Shown one piece after another: positions 47,774 through 62,113 of a stretch of DNA of 64,000 nt (its first letter is position 1; the number at the start of each line of letters is the position of its first letter). Made by a program: the position numbers and the translations under genes. Location: contig JBHGNT010000005.1 in assembly GCA_043228905.1 (NCBI GenBank), positions 22,134,001 through 22,198,000 on the forward strand. Reading direction: 5' to 3'. Source of the DNA: Azolla caroliniana (Eukaryota > Plantae > Polypodiophyta). The notes under the pieces are model-generated. The model saw nothing but the letters and a program-made list of their open reading frames with translations. It did not search any database and had not been told where the DNA came from.

Positions 47774-48934
47774 ACACAACATTGGATTTTGCTATTTTCG
47801 ATGAGAATTCGATGCAGTGCATCAGATTCTCGTTGAAAGTGTTATTATTTATTTTTGAAAAAAAAAGTTTTAGTTATCAACGAGAATCTGATGCAGTGAG
47901 TCGGATTTCTATTGAAAATCCATCGGATTCTAGTTGAAAGTCAATGAATTTTAACTCATTTCCACTAGTTTTCTAGGTAGTTACACCTCCATTTTGTGTA
48001 GTTTTCACCACGTTTTTTGCTAAGAAATACTCATTTATGGATTTTAGTGAGCCTGGTGAAAAAATACGGATCTTTAAGCTGAAGATCCCCACTCCAACGA
48101 AGAGAAGTCTCGTTGATCCTTGTTTGAATCAGTTGGTGATGGAACATTGAAGTCATCTGTAGGCAACACAAAAGGGAAACTAATTATGGTCCTTGAATTC
48201 GTTAGAGCATAGACACACAAATTATAGTAAGTAGAATGGAGTCTAGTTTATGTGGAGGAGGATGGAGTATTGCTCCTAATATTCGCAACGACATAGGGTA
48301 AAGGGAAGTTGCAGTTAGGTAAAACTTTCAACTAGTTTGACGTTTCTACTTGGAGTAAACTATCATTTTTTCTATGATTGGAAAGTTATTTTTACAAACT
48401 TCAGCACACGACCAAAAGAATATGACTTTTGGAAGCAGCGCTGAATGCGATATTTTCATTGAGTAGCACCACGATGGAGGAGGTGTTGTTTTTTGTAGGT
48501 GAAGCTATTTGTTTTATATGGGGTGGTCTTGATTAGGCCAAAATCTTGAGCCCAATATTGTTGAGACTCTCAGAGTTGCACGAGTGTTCAATAGCTTTCT
48601 AGTTAATTATGTTGCATTTTCTTTGTAATACTGGACTTTTTTTGTATATTGCCTTTGGCCACTTTATGTTAATACCAATGGAGGATATTTTTTAAGGAAA
48701 AAAAAGAAAAAGAAAAGAAGTTATTGTACTTTGGTTTCCATCCATGGATAAGATGTCATGTGTTAATGGTTACAAGGTTATTCACAATTTCTTAAAACAT
48801 TCCAGTTTTCTAAAGTTAAGGTAGTTTGCATTGTTATTTAAATTTCTTCTCTCGAAACATTAGTAATTCAAGAATATGACAATTATTCTAGTTACTCCTA
48901 TAACATTAGACAACCATTAAAGAATTTTACAATT

Positions 48935-49066
48935 AACCCATTTCACATGTATCTATTAAGAGCCTTTAAAGAATATGGGAATTATTAAATCTTTCCATGT
49001 AACCCGTTCCACATGTAACTATTAAGAGCCTTTAAAGAATATTGGAGTTATTAAATCTTTCCATCT
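48935..49066. repeat. Two-copy tandem repeat of about 66 bp
   Basis: AACCC..CACATGTA.CTATTAAGAGCCTTTAAAGAATAT..TTATTAAATCTTTCCAT occurs twice. Confidence 0.75.
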
Positions 49067-52000
49067 AACTGCAACTCCACACATAATTTAAAAATGCATC
49101 CATGTGGATTACCAATGTGGACAGCTAATGGTCCCCTCTTCCACGATAATGCATCATAGTCTGAAACAAAGATACAATAGGCTATTTTGAAATCAAGTTC
49201 TAAAGTTAACAACAAGTTGAGAACCACGGTCTACATTTTGAGACAAATCAATAATAGAATGGATTGCATTTAATACTTAGAGACATATTCTATGTAAATA
49301 AACATATATTTAGCATTGTAAAATTTGTTCAATGGGGTACCATTTTTCATATTGTGCAAAATCGGGATTAATACAATTAACCTTGCATGGAATTTCATTC
49401 CTTATCTCAAAATTCGATAAAAAACATGACGGATGGAATATGAAACTGTTGATTTTCTTGTCATGAAAATAATTAGTTGAAAATTTTGGTATGTTTTAAG
49501 AAACCATGTACGCATACGCCATACCATCGTGAAATTGTGCTAAAATAAGCCATTTTTTAACATTTCCCCAATAAGTAAAAAAAAGAACACGACATATTAC
49601 CTATTTCAAATGTCCCAGTGTTGGAGTTGTATAGAGATAACAAGACCAAGTTAGAGGAGATATTAGAAAATTTGATGATGGAAGGGGAGAAGACTAAAAA
49701 AGAAGTGGAAGAAAGATTGATGAAAGGGCCAAGGAAGGGGATGATGAAAATGAGGCCAAACGAGGAGGTCCAAAAGAATAGAGACAATGAAAAGTTTGAC
49801 AAAAAGGAAGACACAAACGCAAAGGGGGTTTGGTCCAAGCAAGAAAATTTGGCCCCATCAAGAGAACAAACCTTGGTAAAGGAAGGGAGGAAAAACATGT
49901 TGAATAGCAATGGGAAGGGAAATGAAAATCACAAAAAGGATTTACAAACACACCAATGGTAAAACATGACATGGTCATTCAAAGGGTTCGATAAGAATGA
50001 GACTATCAGAACATCCATAAAAAGGTGGTCGAATCTTAAATAGATTGGATGGACACGGTGGATATGTTGGGTTGTGACAGTTTGGTGGTTCAAGTAGAGA
50101 AGTGATAATTGGGAGCTGAAAAAGGAATGTCTTGCCAAGACACATGTTGGAGGATATGCAGGGTTTAATGGAGACAAATGTTGTGTTTTTCATTTCCTTT
50201 CCCTATTGCTATTCAACATGCGGAAATGAAAACCACAACTTACTTACATATTTCATAAGAAATTAATCTAAAGGGATTGAGGCACCTACTTTGTAATCAA
50301 GGAGGTAAAGTACTAATTTTCACCGTCCAGTAATTCACTTAGAATCCTCATATTTTCTTAAACAAAGAAATCCTAAGCAATATCTTTGTTGTCCTAAATC
50401 TATATATATTATGAGTGTTTGTTGTTTGCACACACCATAACTCTTCATTTACCTTGCATGTGCTCCTAGTTCAAAACCTTTGTGGTTCAAACATGTCTCC
50501 ACAATTTCGCGAAAACATTCTAGTGGGGTTGGATATTGTGTTGTAGTTGGGTTACAAGGAGAAAATAGACAAAGTCATAAGGTTCTAATAGGTAACAAAA
50601 GGTAGTACATCTCCATGCTTCGAACCCAAGTGGAAAATTAGTCATAGAGAGAAGGATGAAAAAAGTGGAAATGGGAAGAAGAGCACTAATTGGACTAGTC
50701 GAGACAAAGGAATAATAGAAATTGACTTATTGACATCTTGCTTGTGGGATTCATATAAGGATTCTTTTTCTTCTCCCATAGGGACTTATGTCTCTTAACT
50801 ACTAAAGAATTTACATCTTATTTGCATATTGTTTGAGGGTATCAGGGACCTCCTTTGCTAATCGAGTGTAAGTGTTGATTTTTCCACTTTCTTGTGATTC
50901 CCCTTGGGATTTCTAAGGTGAAATTCTTTCCTACTTCAAATTTTCTTTGTAAGAAGGACATTATAAATATGTTTTTTTCTAATAATCAAAGTTTTAGTCG
51001 CAATAATACTTACTTAATATGTGCTTTTGTTGATATTCTTATCATTCCAATGCAATTTTAGTGCAAGGTGACTTACATCCATACTCTTACTAATCCTATT
51101 AGTGAAGGGAGGCTTGCATTCATACTCTTACTAATCATATAATATCTAATACAAATTGGGATATGGTGAAGATTAAATTATGTGTAGCAAGTGGACCCAC
51201 AACAAAGATTAATAATCAAAATGAATGTCACTACGATGAGTTTCAACAAATCACTGAAACTCAAAGTAGCAAGCCTTCTACAATTCTTGAGAGAGGATCC
51301 CATAATAGAATTTACTCACTGGAACATTTTACTTGGTTCAAAACCCTTATGGTTCCACCTAACTTTCACACACACTTGCACATTGTGACAATGGTGGGTT
51401 AGCATTTGGTTTGTACATTTGAATGTGTTAAGTAAATTGGGTATGTTGAAGATTCTACATGCATATTATGGATATTTTTACTTTTGTTTTTGCATATATA
51501 GTGTTCACAAAATTGAAAGCTTAGAAAAAAGATAAAGTAAAAGAATATCCAGAACTAGACATCACTTCATATATAGACATATGGGTTAATCATGAATGCC
51601 CTTTTGTAATTATAATCAACTACCTAGTTGCAAAAAATAGCGATGTTGTTTCATATGTATAGAGCATATACACTAAACGGATTCCATAAGCATTTTGAAG
51701 GTTCGGTCTCAAACACCATCTTATATCTATTGATTTCGGATTGGCCCATTGATATCAAGCTCTTTATCAATTCATTGATGTGGAAAATTGCTTCGAGTGT
51801 AAACTACCTCCCATCCATCATCGCAACATGATGGACATAATACCGGTCATCACATATTGGTGAGAATAGCAGAACCAAAAAAATTTCAAATAGAGGGATT
51901 CCTTAAATATGATTGAGTCTATGTATGGCATGAAATGACAAACTTGAATCAAGAAACGATGTGTGTAATACCGCATTTGCCATGAGGATGTATGATTTAT

Positions 52001-52199
52001 TAGTTTGGCTTTATTGATAGGACATTGATCTCATTGATCTTGTCCTATACCTTCATGAATCCTACCTTCTACTTTTGTTTAAAATACACTCAAATTTCTT
52101 GCCCCATGAGTCTTGCACATTGTTTGCCTCTCCGTCTTGTGTACCCACCCTAGATTTTCAATAGATCTCCTCATTGAATAGCATGCCACATCCATAAGT

Positions 52200-52950
52200 T
52201 TAACAAAGTTCACATTAGGTGCACTTATACAAAGTATCATTCAAAAGGATATCCCATGAGCAAGGGAATGTGCACATAACCATAACTATCTACATATATG
52301 GATCCAACATCATTTCCAAAACCTTCGATTGTGGAATGTTTGCATCAAATTTGTTTATGTGGCTGGCATGGAACTCATATTCCTTCATTGAGAACTCTAC
52401 ATCATCCTCATTAGCTAGACTTTGTTGGAGGAGATCTTTTTCTCATATGTGTCATCCAACTTCTATAGTGTTGTGTTTTTGCTTCTTTGCCTTGAGGAAG
52501 GTAACTCCCTTGGATTTGCCTAACTGTAAAAAAAAATTGTTGAAGTGTAGGACATCCTTGATAATAATAAGGCGATCCCTAATTATGTAGCATGCCCAAA
52601 TGTAACAAAGTCAATCTGCCATGCTCTGTGGGACTGCCAGAGACCATCGAATATGGTGGGGGGTTGGCCGCCTATTGCAATTATGCCAGGGGCAAGGCAC
52701 AATCAAGTGGGGGAATGTATGTTGATTATCATGTAGGCCCCAATTGACAAGTACGAACATCAAGAGGAGGGGATAACGTTGGTGATAAAGGCACAAGGGA
52801 TTTTGTTCTCCACCATCAACAATATCCACTCAACTCCTATTAATGCCAAAGCTCAAGTTGTGTTGGAATTGGTCGGCCCAATAACTCTTTCGATTCTTTA
52901 GAAACAACAGTGTAGAGGGGTCTTTTACAATCAAACCGTGCATCAAGTAG
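52200..52950 (+). mobile_element. Possible decayed L1-type LINE ORF2 C-terminus
   Basis: The plus-strand peptide CPNVTKSICHALWDC near 52590-52630 resembles the zf-RVT ExxxHxLWxC motif; the rest is heavily degraded. Confidence 0.35.
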
Positions 52951-53489
52951 TGTTATTGCAGGAGAAATTGAGTGAAGTTGTAGCCACTCTAAAGAGCCAA
53001 TACAATGGCCTCTGATGGAATTGAAAGACAATGATCAGCCTTCATCCAACAATGGTCGTCCTCTCCCGTTCTTGAGTCAGTGGACCTCCATATAAGATGG
53101 AACTATCACATCCCTACTAGGATTTGTATATAACATTCTCATCTGTAAAATTTGATAACTAATGGAACGAGTTTTTTTGGGAAAAAAGAGGATATTAAGG
53201 TGATATGTGTTGAAACAAAATTTATCTCAACGACACTTAATTATTATAAGGACTACTTTTTAAGTAATGGTTTACACCCTTTTATATTTAGAGTTGAAGG
53301 GTTCACATTCAATTGGTTAGGCCAACTAGCCTTTCCACCCTATGTGCATATATTACAACACTCATGGATACAAACCATTACATAGTCTATAGCTTAATAT
53401 GATACCATTGTTGAAATTGTTAAGTACTATATTCCTTCAACCACCAAGTAATTGCAAATTGTTTACGCATTATGTGTATGTGTATGCGT

Positions 53490-54338
53490 TGTCGTAGTGT
53501 ATTTCGTACACTACGTGAAAAACTTATAAAGTACCGATTTAATAAATATGAATAAATAATAGAAAATATTAAAATATATATAAAATGCATAGGGCAAGAT
53601 TCAAACCTTGCACGTCCATGTTAATAATGTAATGTCTTACCATTGCACTAGCATTTCATTAGTGTTAAAATGTAGATGTTCCACATAGAAAATTTAGTTC
53701 ACCTAGGATAAACTTTAGTTAAAAGAAAACGCATGCTAAAAGAAAAAAGCTACGCATGGACATCTAGCGTGCATGAACGCTATAGTTGATAAAAAAACGC
53801 ACAAGTTAGAAAAAGCATGATCACTTTAAATAAAGCATATAGTCTATCTATAGGAAAAGCATGGAGTCTATAGTTAGAGAAAAAAAAGCATGGATTCCTA
53901 AGACTCCCTCATCACTACATAAGGATGGGGAGCACAATGTAATAGGTGTGTAAAATATTTGGGAAATTGGATATATTTCCTAAAACACCAATAATAAAAT
54001 AGAATCGTGGGATTCACGAAGTTTTATATAATCTATCTCTTTCAATCTAAATTCATATTCTTACATAAATATTGATTAATGTAATACTTGTGGGATTCAC
54101 AAGGTTTGATCTCTTTTCTCAATCTACTTTAATCTATTCTAAACTATTTCAATTTATTACTACGATTAAGATAAACTAAAACAATTATACTTGTGGGATT
54201 CACAAGTTTCTATATCTCTTTCTTATAATCTATTCATATTCATAACTAGATTAGCCTCAAATTCTTCCTCCTCCTAGTCCAAAACCCCGGTGGTTCCCAC
54301 TTGACTCACACAACGATCCGGAGCCGAAAGGCACAATA
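53490..54338 (+). repeat. Solo LTR of the E5/E0 family
   Basis: Starts TGTCGTAGTGTATTTCGTACACTAC, ends GCCGAAAGGCACAATA (mutated GCACGACA), TSD GCGT on both sides. Confidence 0.92.
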
Positions 54339-54899
54339 GCGTATGCGTATGGAAAGTTAGGAATAGAGAAAGATGAAACGAAAACATTGAAAGCATGTGA
54401 AGGTGCATGCAGCCATTGGAGATCTTCTTCTTCATGGATCATTATATTGATGACGTGTAGTATGAAGCCTAGTTCCAAGTCAAAATTAATTGCCCTTTTC
54501 CTAAACATAAAATGCTCAAGTCCAAACCTAAAATCCTTCCTTTCTTTTTCATTGGTTGGGGGTAACTTAGATATCAAGAAACCCTACATGTGCATCCACA
54601 TTCCTTAACAATATGCCTTTGGTACAACTACTTGTTATCACTTCTTCAACTTAACCTAAAATGATCAACATTCTTTTGCCTTTTTCATTTTCTCTATAAA
54701 ATCATCCGGTCACATTTATGATGCAAAAAAATAAAAATAAGAGACAAGCAAAGGAGAACCCTAAACTTTATGCCTGTAGAGATTCATTCTTGAAATTATC
54801 TTCTTTCTTGTTGTGGAAGTGTCTCTTGGGTAGGCGACATGATATCGAAGGGATGGTAGAAGGTTTTATCTATGCTCCTTCACTTGTGTTCATATCTTA

Positions 54900-56180
54900 C
54901 ATTCGATGTGGAAATTGCATCCCCTTGGAAGATCACTATTGTGTGAGATAGATGAGGTTGGACAAATCTAAGCTATTGTCAGGGACATGGATAGTCATGG
55001 TGGAGGACAAAACACACAAGCACAAACATATGTCACCATTAACCTCCTTGTTCCCCTTATTGTCCAAAAGGCTTCCAATCATGAGCTTGTAATTCTTGTT
55101 TTTCAAAAAGCCAACATGTATGTATTACTCATTCATTTAAATGTTGAGAACCGATTATGCTTCAACAATTAGTGCTTTCTTAGTAGTGATGTTTGAAATT
55201 GTTTAATTGGAGATCCCCTAAGTGCAGAAAATATAGTAATTCTTTGGCAACAAAGGTGTTGGCAACATCAAGGATATTACATTGGAATGGAAAAGAAAGT
55301 CTAAACTCACAATTCAATCTAATGGCAAGGTTGGGTTTGGTAATTGTGGAAGATTTCATCTTAGAGTAAGGTACAAAAATGATGGTCTTTCATATAGTCA
55401 GAAATAAATTTCATATACCCCTCAAATATGGGTATATTTGGCAATCAATATTGGCAATGCCTAGTCTAGTTTTTACGACTCTAGAGATGGTGGTCGCAGA
55501 ACCATGGAAAGATTGGTCATTTGGTATTGGAAAATAGATATTTGTGGTGCACACTAATGATGTATACCATAAGTTGGTTGATGATAGAGCTTAGTGACCA
55601 AATAAGGTTTTGGATACATTGTACATTACTCGACATGTAAAGTGGTGGTGTCGAGTTTTAGATGTAGGATGGTAACCTCATCTTCCATTTTGTGCAAAGG
55701 TGTTTCTTTGTCGTGCAATGGTCGATGGGTTTCCTTTGGCGATGACTTTAAAACGAGACATATTTCAATGGGACATGTTTTTTTTGTATAGTGGTTGACA
55801 AAGATGCCAAACATAGGTTCATTACATGCCTAGTTGCTAAAGCCATTTGGATGGTTATATCACAAAGTTGGGCATCAATAATAACAAGTATTTTGTCACC
55901 TTTTAAGCAGGTTCTCATTGGTATCATGTCATTTTTTTCTACCTTAGGTATTGGGGGATGTAGTTTAATTGAACCATGAGAAATGGGTCCTTGTTTGATG
56001 GACTTAGTGGGGTAACACAACAACTCCATAGGATGAAAGGGAAGTTGATTTAACAATTTTCGCAACTATGTTTTATGGGGGCATTGTCCCAATATGAGGT
56101 AGAGTTATGTCCTCTTGTATTACAACACTTGAGAGAGTTTACCTTGTCATATCGCTACTAATGAAGTAGTAGAGATAACA
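54900..56180 (+). mobile_element. Possible decayed LINE RT region
   Basis: Only weak Trp-rich fragments (for example LVAKAIW) reminiscent of L1 ORF2; no intact motif. Confidence 0.2.
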
Positions 56181-56188
56181 TGGGATGT

Positions 56189-56462
56189 TGTTGAGAATCA
56201 AACTCAACTTCCCGTGTGTGGGAACACACCCTAGGATACTCAAGCGTGTGACCACCCCACCTCCTCGTATAGTGTCATAGAAGTTAATATCCTATGACAC
56301 ATATTCTTTAAGTATTTAAGACTCAACCTCTTTCCCAAGATGCGCCTCAAGTGAGAGAATCTTAAGAGAAGGTGACTACATAAGCACATGCTCCTTCTCT
56401 TTGTAATTGTTGGTCATTCTTGCTTCCTTGTAATACAATTTTCTATTTTCTATAATCTTGAG

Positions 56463-56554
<92 letters not shown>

Positions 56555-57149
56555 ACACACACACACACACACAGTTCTTCCGTTGCACAGAATCATCACT
56601 GATTCTTTACATGGTATCAGAGCGCGTGGTAGCTTGATCCAAGCTCATCGCCTTTATGTGTGTTATGCCCAAGCCCACGTTCGGAAAGAACCAGCTAATC
56701 GTTGTAGGAGCATTCTGCATAGTTCGTATCAAAGAGAAGAAGAAGAAGAAGTTCGACAATGAACACTCATATGGGAAACGCTCTTCCTACCTAGAAGCTC
56801 GAAAGAATCAACTTTACATCTTGGGAGTACAAGATGCACCAATACCTTGTTGGCCAAGGTTATTGGAGCTATGTCGAGGGAGCACACGAAAATCAACCCA
56901 ACCTAGCACATGCCGACTACCCAGTTTGGGAGCAAGCGGCGAGTCATGTGTTGTATGGCCTTGCATCATGTGCCCATGAGCACATGCTCACCTACATCCG
57001 AGAGGCCAAAACGCCGAAGGAGGCGTGGGGGAACCTCAAGAAGATCTTCGTGGCTAACACGGCCGCAAGAAAGCTTCAACTCCTTCTCTTTGTAATTGTT
57101 GGTCATTCTTGCTTCCTTGTAATACAATTTTCTATTTTCTATAATCTTG

Positions 57150-57187
<38 letters not shown>

Positions 57188-58115
57188 ACACACACACACA
57201 CACACAGTTCTTCCGCTGCACAGAATCATCACTGATTCTTTACATGGTATCAGAGCGCGTGGTAGCTTGATCCAAGCTCATCGCCTTTATGTGTGTTATG
57301 CCCAAGCCCACGTTCGGAAAGAACCAGCTAATCGTTGTAGGAGCATTCTGCATAGTTCGTATCAAAGAGAAGAAGAAGAAGAAGTTCGACAATGAACACT
57401 CATATGGGAAACGCTCTTCCTACCTAGAAGCTCGAAAGAATCAACTTTGCATCTTGGGAGTACAAGATGCACCAATACCTTGTTGGCCAAGGTTATTGGA
57501 GCTATGTCGAGGGAGCACACGAAAATCAACCCAACCTAGCACATGCCGACTACCCAGTTTGGGAGCAAGCGGCGAGTCATGTGTTGTATGGCCTTGCATC
57601 ATGTGCCCATGAGCACATGCTCACCTACATCCGAGAGGCCAAAACGTCGAAGGAGGCATGGGGGAACCTCAAGAAGATCTTCGTGGCTAACACGGCCACA
57701 AGAAAGCTTCAACTCCGTCAAGAGTTGAATGGTATACAACAAAGGGACATGTCAATCGACATCTACACCTTGAAGATCAAGGAATTGTTTGATGCCCTCA
57801 AGTGGATCAATGTTAGCATTGACGACAATTGTTGAGAATCAAGCTCAACTTGGTCTAGTGTGTGAACTCACCTTGAGAATGAATAGACACTCCAACAGTC
57901 AAGAGTCACCATTAAGTCACCACTTTGTATTCTAGCATTTAGTATGAGTCATAGAATCATATTCTATGACACATAACTTATGAGCTTTCACATTCCCCAT
58001 GCTCCATGAGTCTTGTAGTTAATGATGAGAGAGGGTGACTATATAAAGCACCCTCCTCCCACCTTGTATGATGTTGAGTCTTTCTCCTTTGTTAATACAA
58101 TCTACCTTGCGTATA

Positions 58116-58151
<36 letters not shown>

Positions 58152-61100
58152 TACGCACATAACACACATCTATTCCGCTTCACAAGAATCCATCTCTTGA
58201 TTCTTTATATGGTATCAGAGCGATTTGGTAGCTCGATCTAGCTCATTCGCCTCATCATGATCGTGTGTTGTGCTCTACGCCGACGACCAAGAACCGGCTC
58301 ATCGCTATCGTAGCTTTGCTACATAGCTCGCATTCGAAGAGAGAAGAAGAAGAAGAAGAAGAATCGACATAATGAATTCTCAAATGGGGAGCGCTCTCCC
58401 TACCGAGAAGTTGGATCGAAACAACTTTGCATCTTGGGAGTACAAGATGCACCAATATCTTGTCAGACAAGGCTATTGGAGCTACATCAAAGGAGCGCAT
58501 GAAGACTGACCCGCCGAAGCGCCTCCCGGATACGCGACATGGGAGCAAGCCGTAAGCCGGGTGATGTATTGCTTGGAGACATGTGTTCACGATCACATGC
58601 TTGGCTACATTCGCGAAGCCAAGACGCCGAAGGAGGCATGGGAAAATCTACGAAAGATTTTCGCGGCGAACACAACCGCAAGAAGGCTTCAACTCCGCCA
58701 AGAGTTGAACAACATTCAACAAAGGGACGTGTCCATTACGACATACCCCTCGAAGATCAAGGAGCTTTGCGATTCGCTCGGCTCAATAAGCGTAAATATC
58801 GATGATGATGAGATATCATAGCTCTATGTCGGAGTCGGCTTTCGTGCTTTTCGCGAACATGGCGGATTTTATCTCGTGTGAATCGAGAATGAACATCCAA
58901 CCCTCTCTTCTTCCGCGTGCGATGATTCGGCCTTCTTTTTCGATGAAGCACCCTTCTTGGTCGAATTGTACTTGCATCCCTTGCTCAACCATTTGGCCGA
59001 CCGAGACCAAATTCTTCGTGATGGTGGGAACATGCAAGACATTTTTAATGTATGTTTGCTTACCTCTTTCGCCAAACGGAACATTGCCGATGTGCCGGAT
59101 CAGGTGCGTAGTGTCATCTCCGGTTTCAACATAACCGGGTCGCTCCGGCTCTCGAAGTTCGAGAAACCATTCTTTATGGGATGTCATATGGTTTGAGGCT
59201 CCGGAGTCAACAAACCATACGTCCTCCGGATTGAGGGCACTAGTTGAGGTAGAGGTCGACATAGAGTTTGCTCTACGTTTTATCATGAACATACCGCCAC
59301 GGTCGGAGTTGCATGCATACATTCCGCCACAATCTTCCTTGTCGGAGTTGTTCCCGTACATTCCGCTATACTCTTCGTAGTCGGAATTGTGCGCGTAATT
59401 CATGAGTTGTCGGCTTGTGGAAGCCGATTCACGCATCTTCTTTCGACACTCTTCTTCGTAGTGGTTGAGCTTTCGGCAATATCCGCATTCGGTTGCGTTT
59501 TGACGGCTTGGGCCGGAGTGGAAGCTCCCCCTTCTTGCGAAGGTTCCTCATTGGCTTTCGTTTTGCGGCCGAAATTGGGAGTTGTTGTCGTAGGTCAGAC
59601 CTCGTCCGCCTTGTCCTTGGCCGAATCGGCCTCTCGATCATCCGCGTCCTCTTCCTCCGTTCGAGTGCGTGTAGAGCATGTGGCCTTCCGACTCATTGCT
59701 CCTTGTACGCACGTGGTTTTCTTCGACCAATAGCATTGATTGGAGCTCGAAGAAGGAGGGAGATTTCTCTCGTGCTAGAACGGCGGTTCGCATCGTGCCG
59801 AACCGTGGTGCGAGGCCGCCGAGGCATATTTGATCGGCCACATCAATCTCAACAAACTCAAAGCAATGAAATCAAAAGGAGTCGCCATCAGACTCCCGAC
59901 ATTCAAAGAGAAGGAGATTGAAGGTGTATGCGAACCGTGCCAATTCGGCAAGCAACACCGACACCCATTCCCGAAAGAGCGGAATGTGAGCAAAGGTCTA
60001 CTCGACGTAGTCCATTCGACATATGGGGACCGGCATAGACGACTACATTCCGCGGATGCCGATACTACGTGCTCTTCATCGACGACTTCTCTAGGCACAC
60101 TTGGATCTATCCGATGCGGCAAAAGGGCGAAGTGTTTGGACACTTCCAAAAATTCAAGAATAAAGTCGAGAAAGCCACGGGCCGACATGTACGATGTCTC
60201 CGATCGGATGGCGGCAAGGAGTACTTCTCGGACGATTTCACGGCGTATCTCCGAAAGGAAGGAATTCGGCGAGAATTCACTTGCCGACACACTCCGCAAC
60301 AAAACGGGTAGCCGACCGCAAAAATCGGCACATCCTCGAAGTAGCGCGGGCCATGATGAACGAGAAGCATATACCCAAGTTATATTGGGCCGAAGCTGCA
60401 AATACGGTCGTCTACCTAATGAACCGGTGCACAACATCCGGCGTGCACGAGGTCACTCCGCACGAAAAATACTTCGGAAAGAAGCTGGACTTATCGCACA
60501 TCCGCATATTTGGCGCAATAGCGTATGTGCACATCCCCGACGAGAAGCGTCAAAAGCTTGACCCGAAGTCAGAGAAATGTATCCTCGTAGGATACTCACT
60601 GGACCAAAAGGGGTACAAGTGCTACAACCCCTCAACTCGAAAATCTCGAGTAAGTCGAGACGTCGTTTTTGACGAGTCCGCATCCTGGTACGCACCAGAG
60701 ACAACTTCGACTCCGACTCCGCTGGACCCGGAATCCACCGAACAAGAGATAGAGGATGAAGATTGCCTTACGTGCATGTTCGAAGAAAGTCTGATCACGA
60801 CCCGACTGAGCGGACCACAAGAGCCTTTGAGCAATCAAAGCACATCACGGCCTAGCCCGAAGATGGACAAAGGCAAGGCGAAAATGGCGGAATACGCAGA
60901 CGATCACTTCGACGACAATGAGTCGACTCACTCACTCGACAGTGAGTTCGGTAGTTTCGAGGTACCAATCGGAGCTAAGAAAGCCCTCATCTCTGCAAAT
61001 GAAAAGCTTCGCCGATCCGACCTCCCTTTACTGCGACAACATGAGCAGTATCTATCTGGCTCGAAACCCGGTGTTCCACGCGCGGACAAAGCACATCGAA

Positions 61101-62030
61101 GTGCACTGTCACTTTATCTGAGAGCACGTTCTAGCTGGCGATGTCGACCTACAACACATTAGCACAAATCTTCAAACGGCCGACATATTCACTAAAGCCT
61201 TAGGAGCCGACAAGATGTGGCAATTCATGATCAATCTTTGATTAACGATCCTTGACCTGCCAAGCTTGAGGGGGAGTACTGAAGATATTATGCAATAACG
61301 TGTGGATTCCGCAAACCGCGCACATTACGCAATAACATGTGGATTATGCAACCACGCAACGAAGCCGCGAAGAGTCGATCTACCGCGCAAATCCACGAAG
61401 AAAGACGCAAGCCGAAGCACAGCCTTCGCAACTACGCACAACGCAAGCTAGAGATCTCGGATTGTCGATCCCTGACCTGCCAAGCTTGAGGGGGAGTACT
61501 GAAGATATTATGCAATAATGCGTGGATTCCGCAAACTGCGCACATTACGCAATAACATGTGGATTACGCAACCACGCAACGAAGCCACGAAGAGTCGATC
61601 TACCGCGCAAAGCCGCGAAGAAAGACGCAAGCCAAAGCACAACCTTCGCAACTACGCACAACGCGAGTCGATGCGGACTTCGGAACGTGAGTCGAAGCGG
61701 ATTTCGGATACCGTTTGAAATCGACCCGACTTGAGCTTGAGGGGGCGTGTTGAGAATCAAGCTCAACTTGGTCTAGTGTGTGAACTCACCTTGAGAATGA
61801 ATAGACACTCCAACAGTCAAGAGTCACCATTAAGTCACCACTTTGTATTCTAGCATTTAGTATGAGTCATAGAATCATATTCTATGACACATAACTTATG
61901 AGCTTTCACATTTCCCATGCTCCATGAGTCTTGTAGTTAATGATGAGAGAGGGTGACTATATAAAGCACCCTCCTCCCACCTTGTATGATGTTGAGTCTT
62001 TCTCCTTTGTTAATACAATCTACCTTGCGT

Positions 62031-62113
<83 letters not shown>

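Noticed and set aside
47940-52200. Host gene in the AT-rich region
   Set aside because: Only short ORFs, and no recognisable domain or exon structure that I can support.
56463-56572. ERERER / SLSLSL peptides
   Set aside because: Translations of CT/CA microsatellites inside LTRs.
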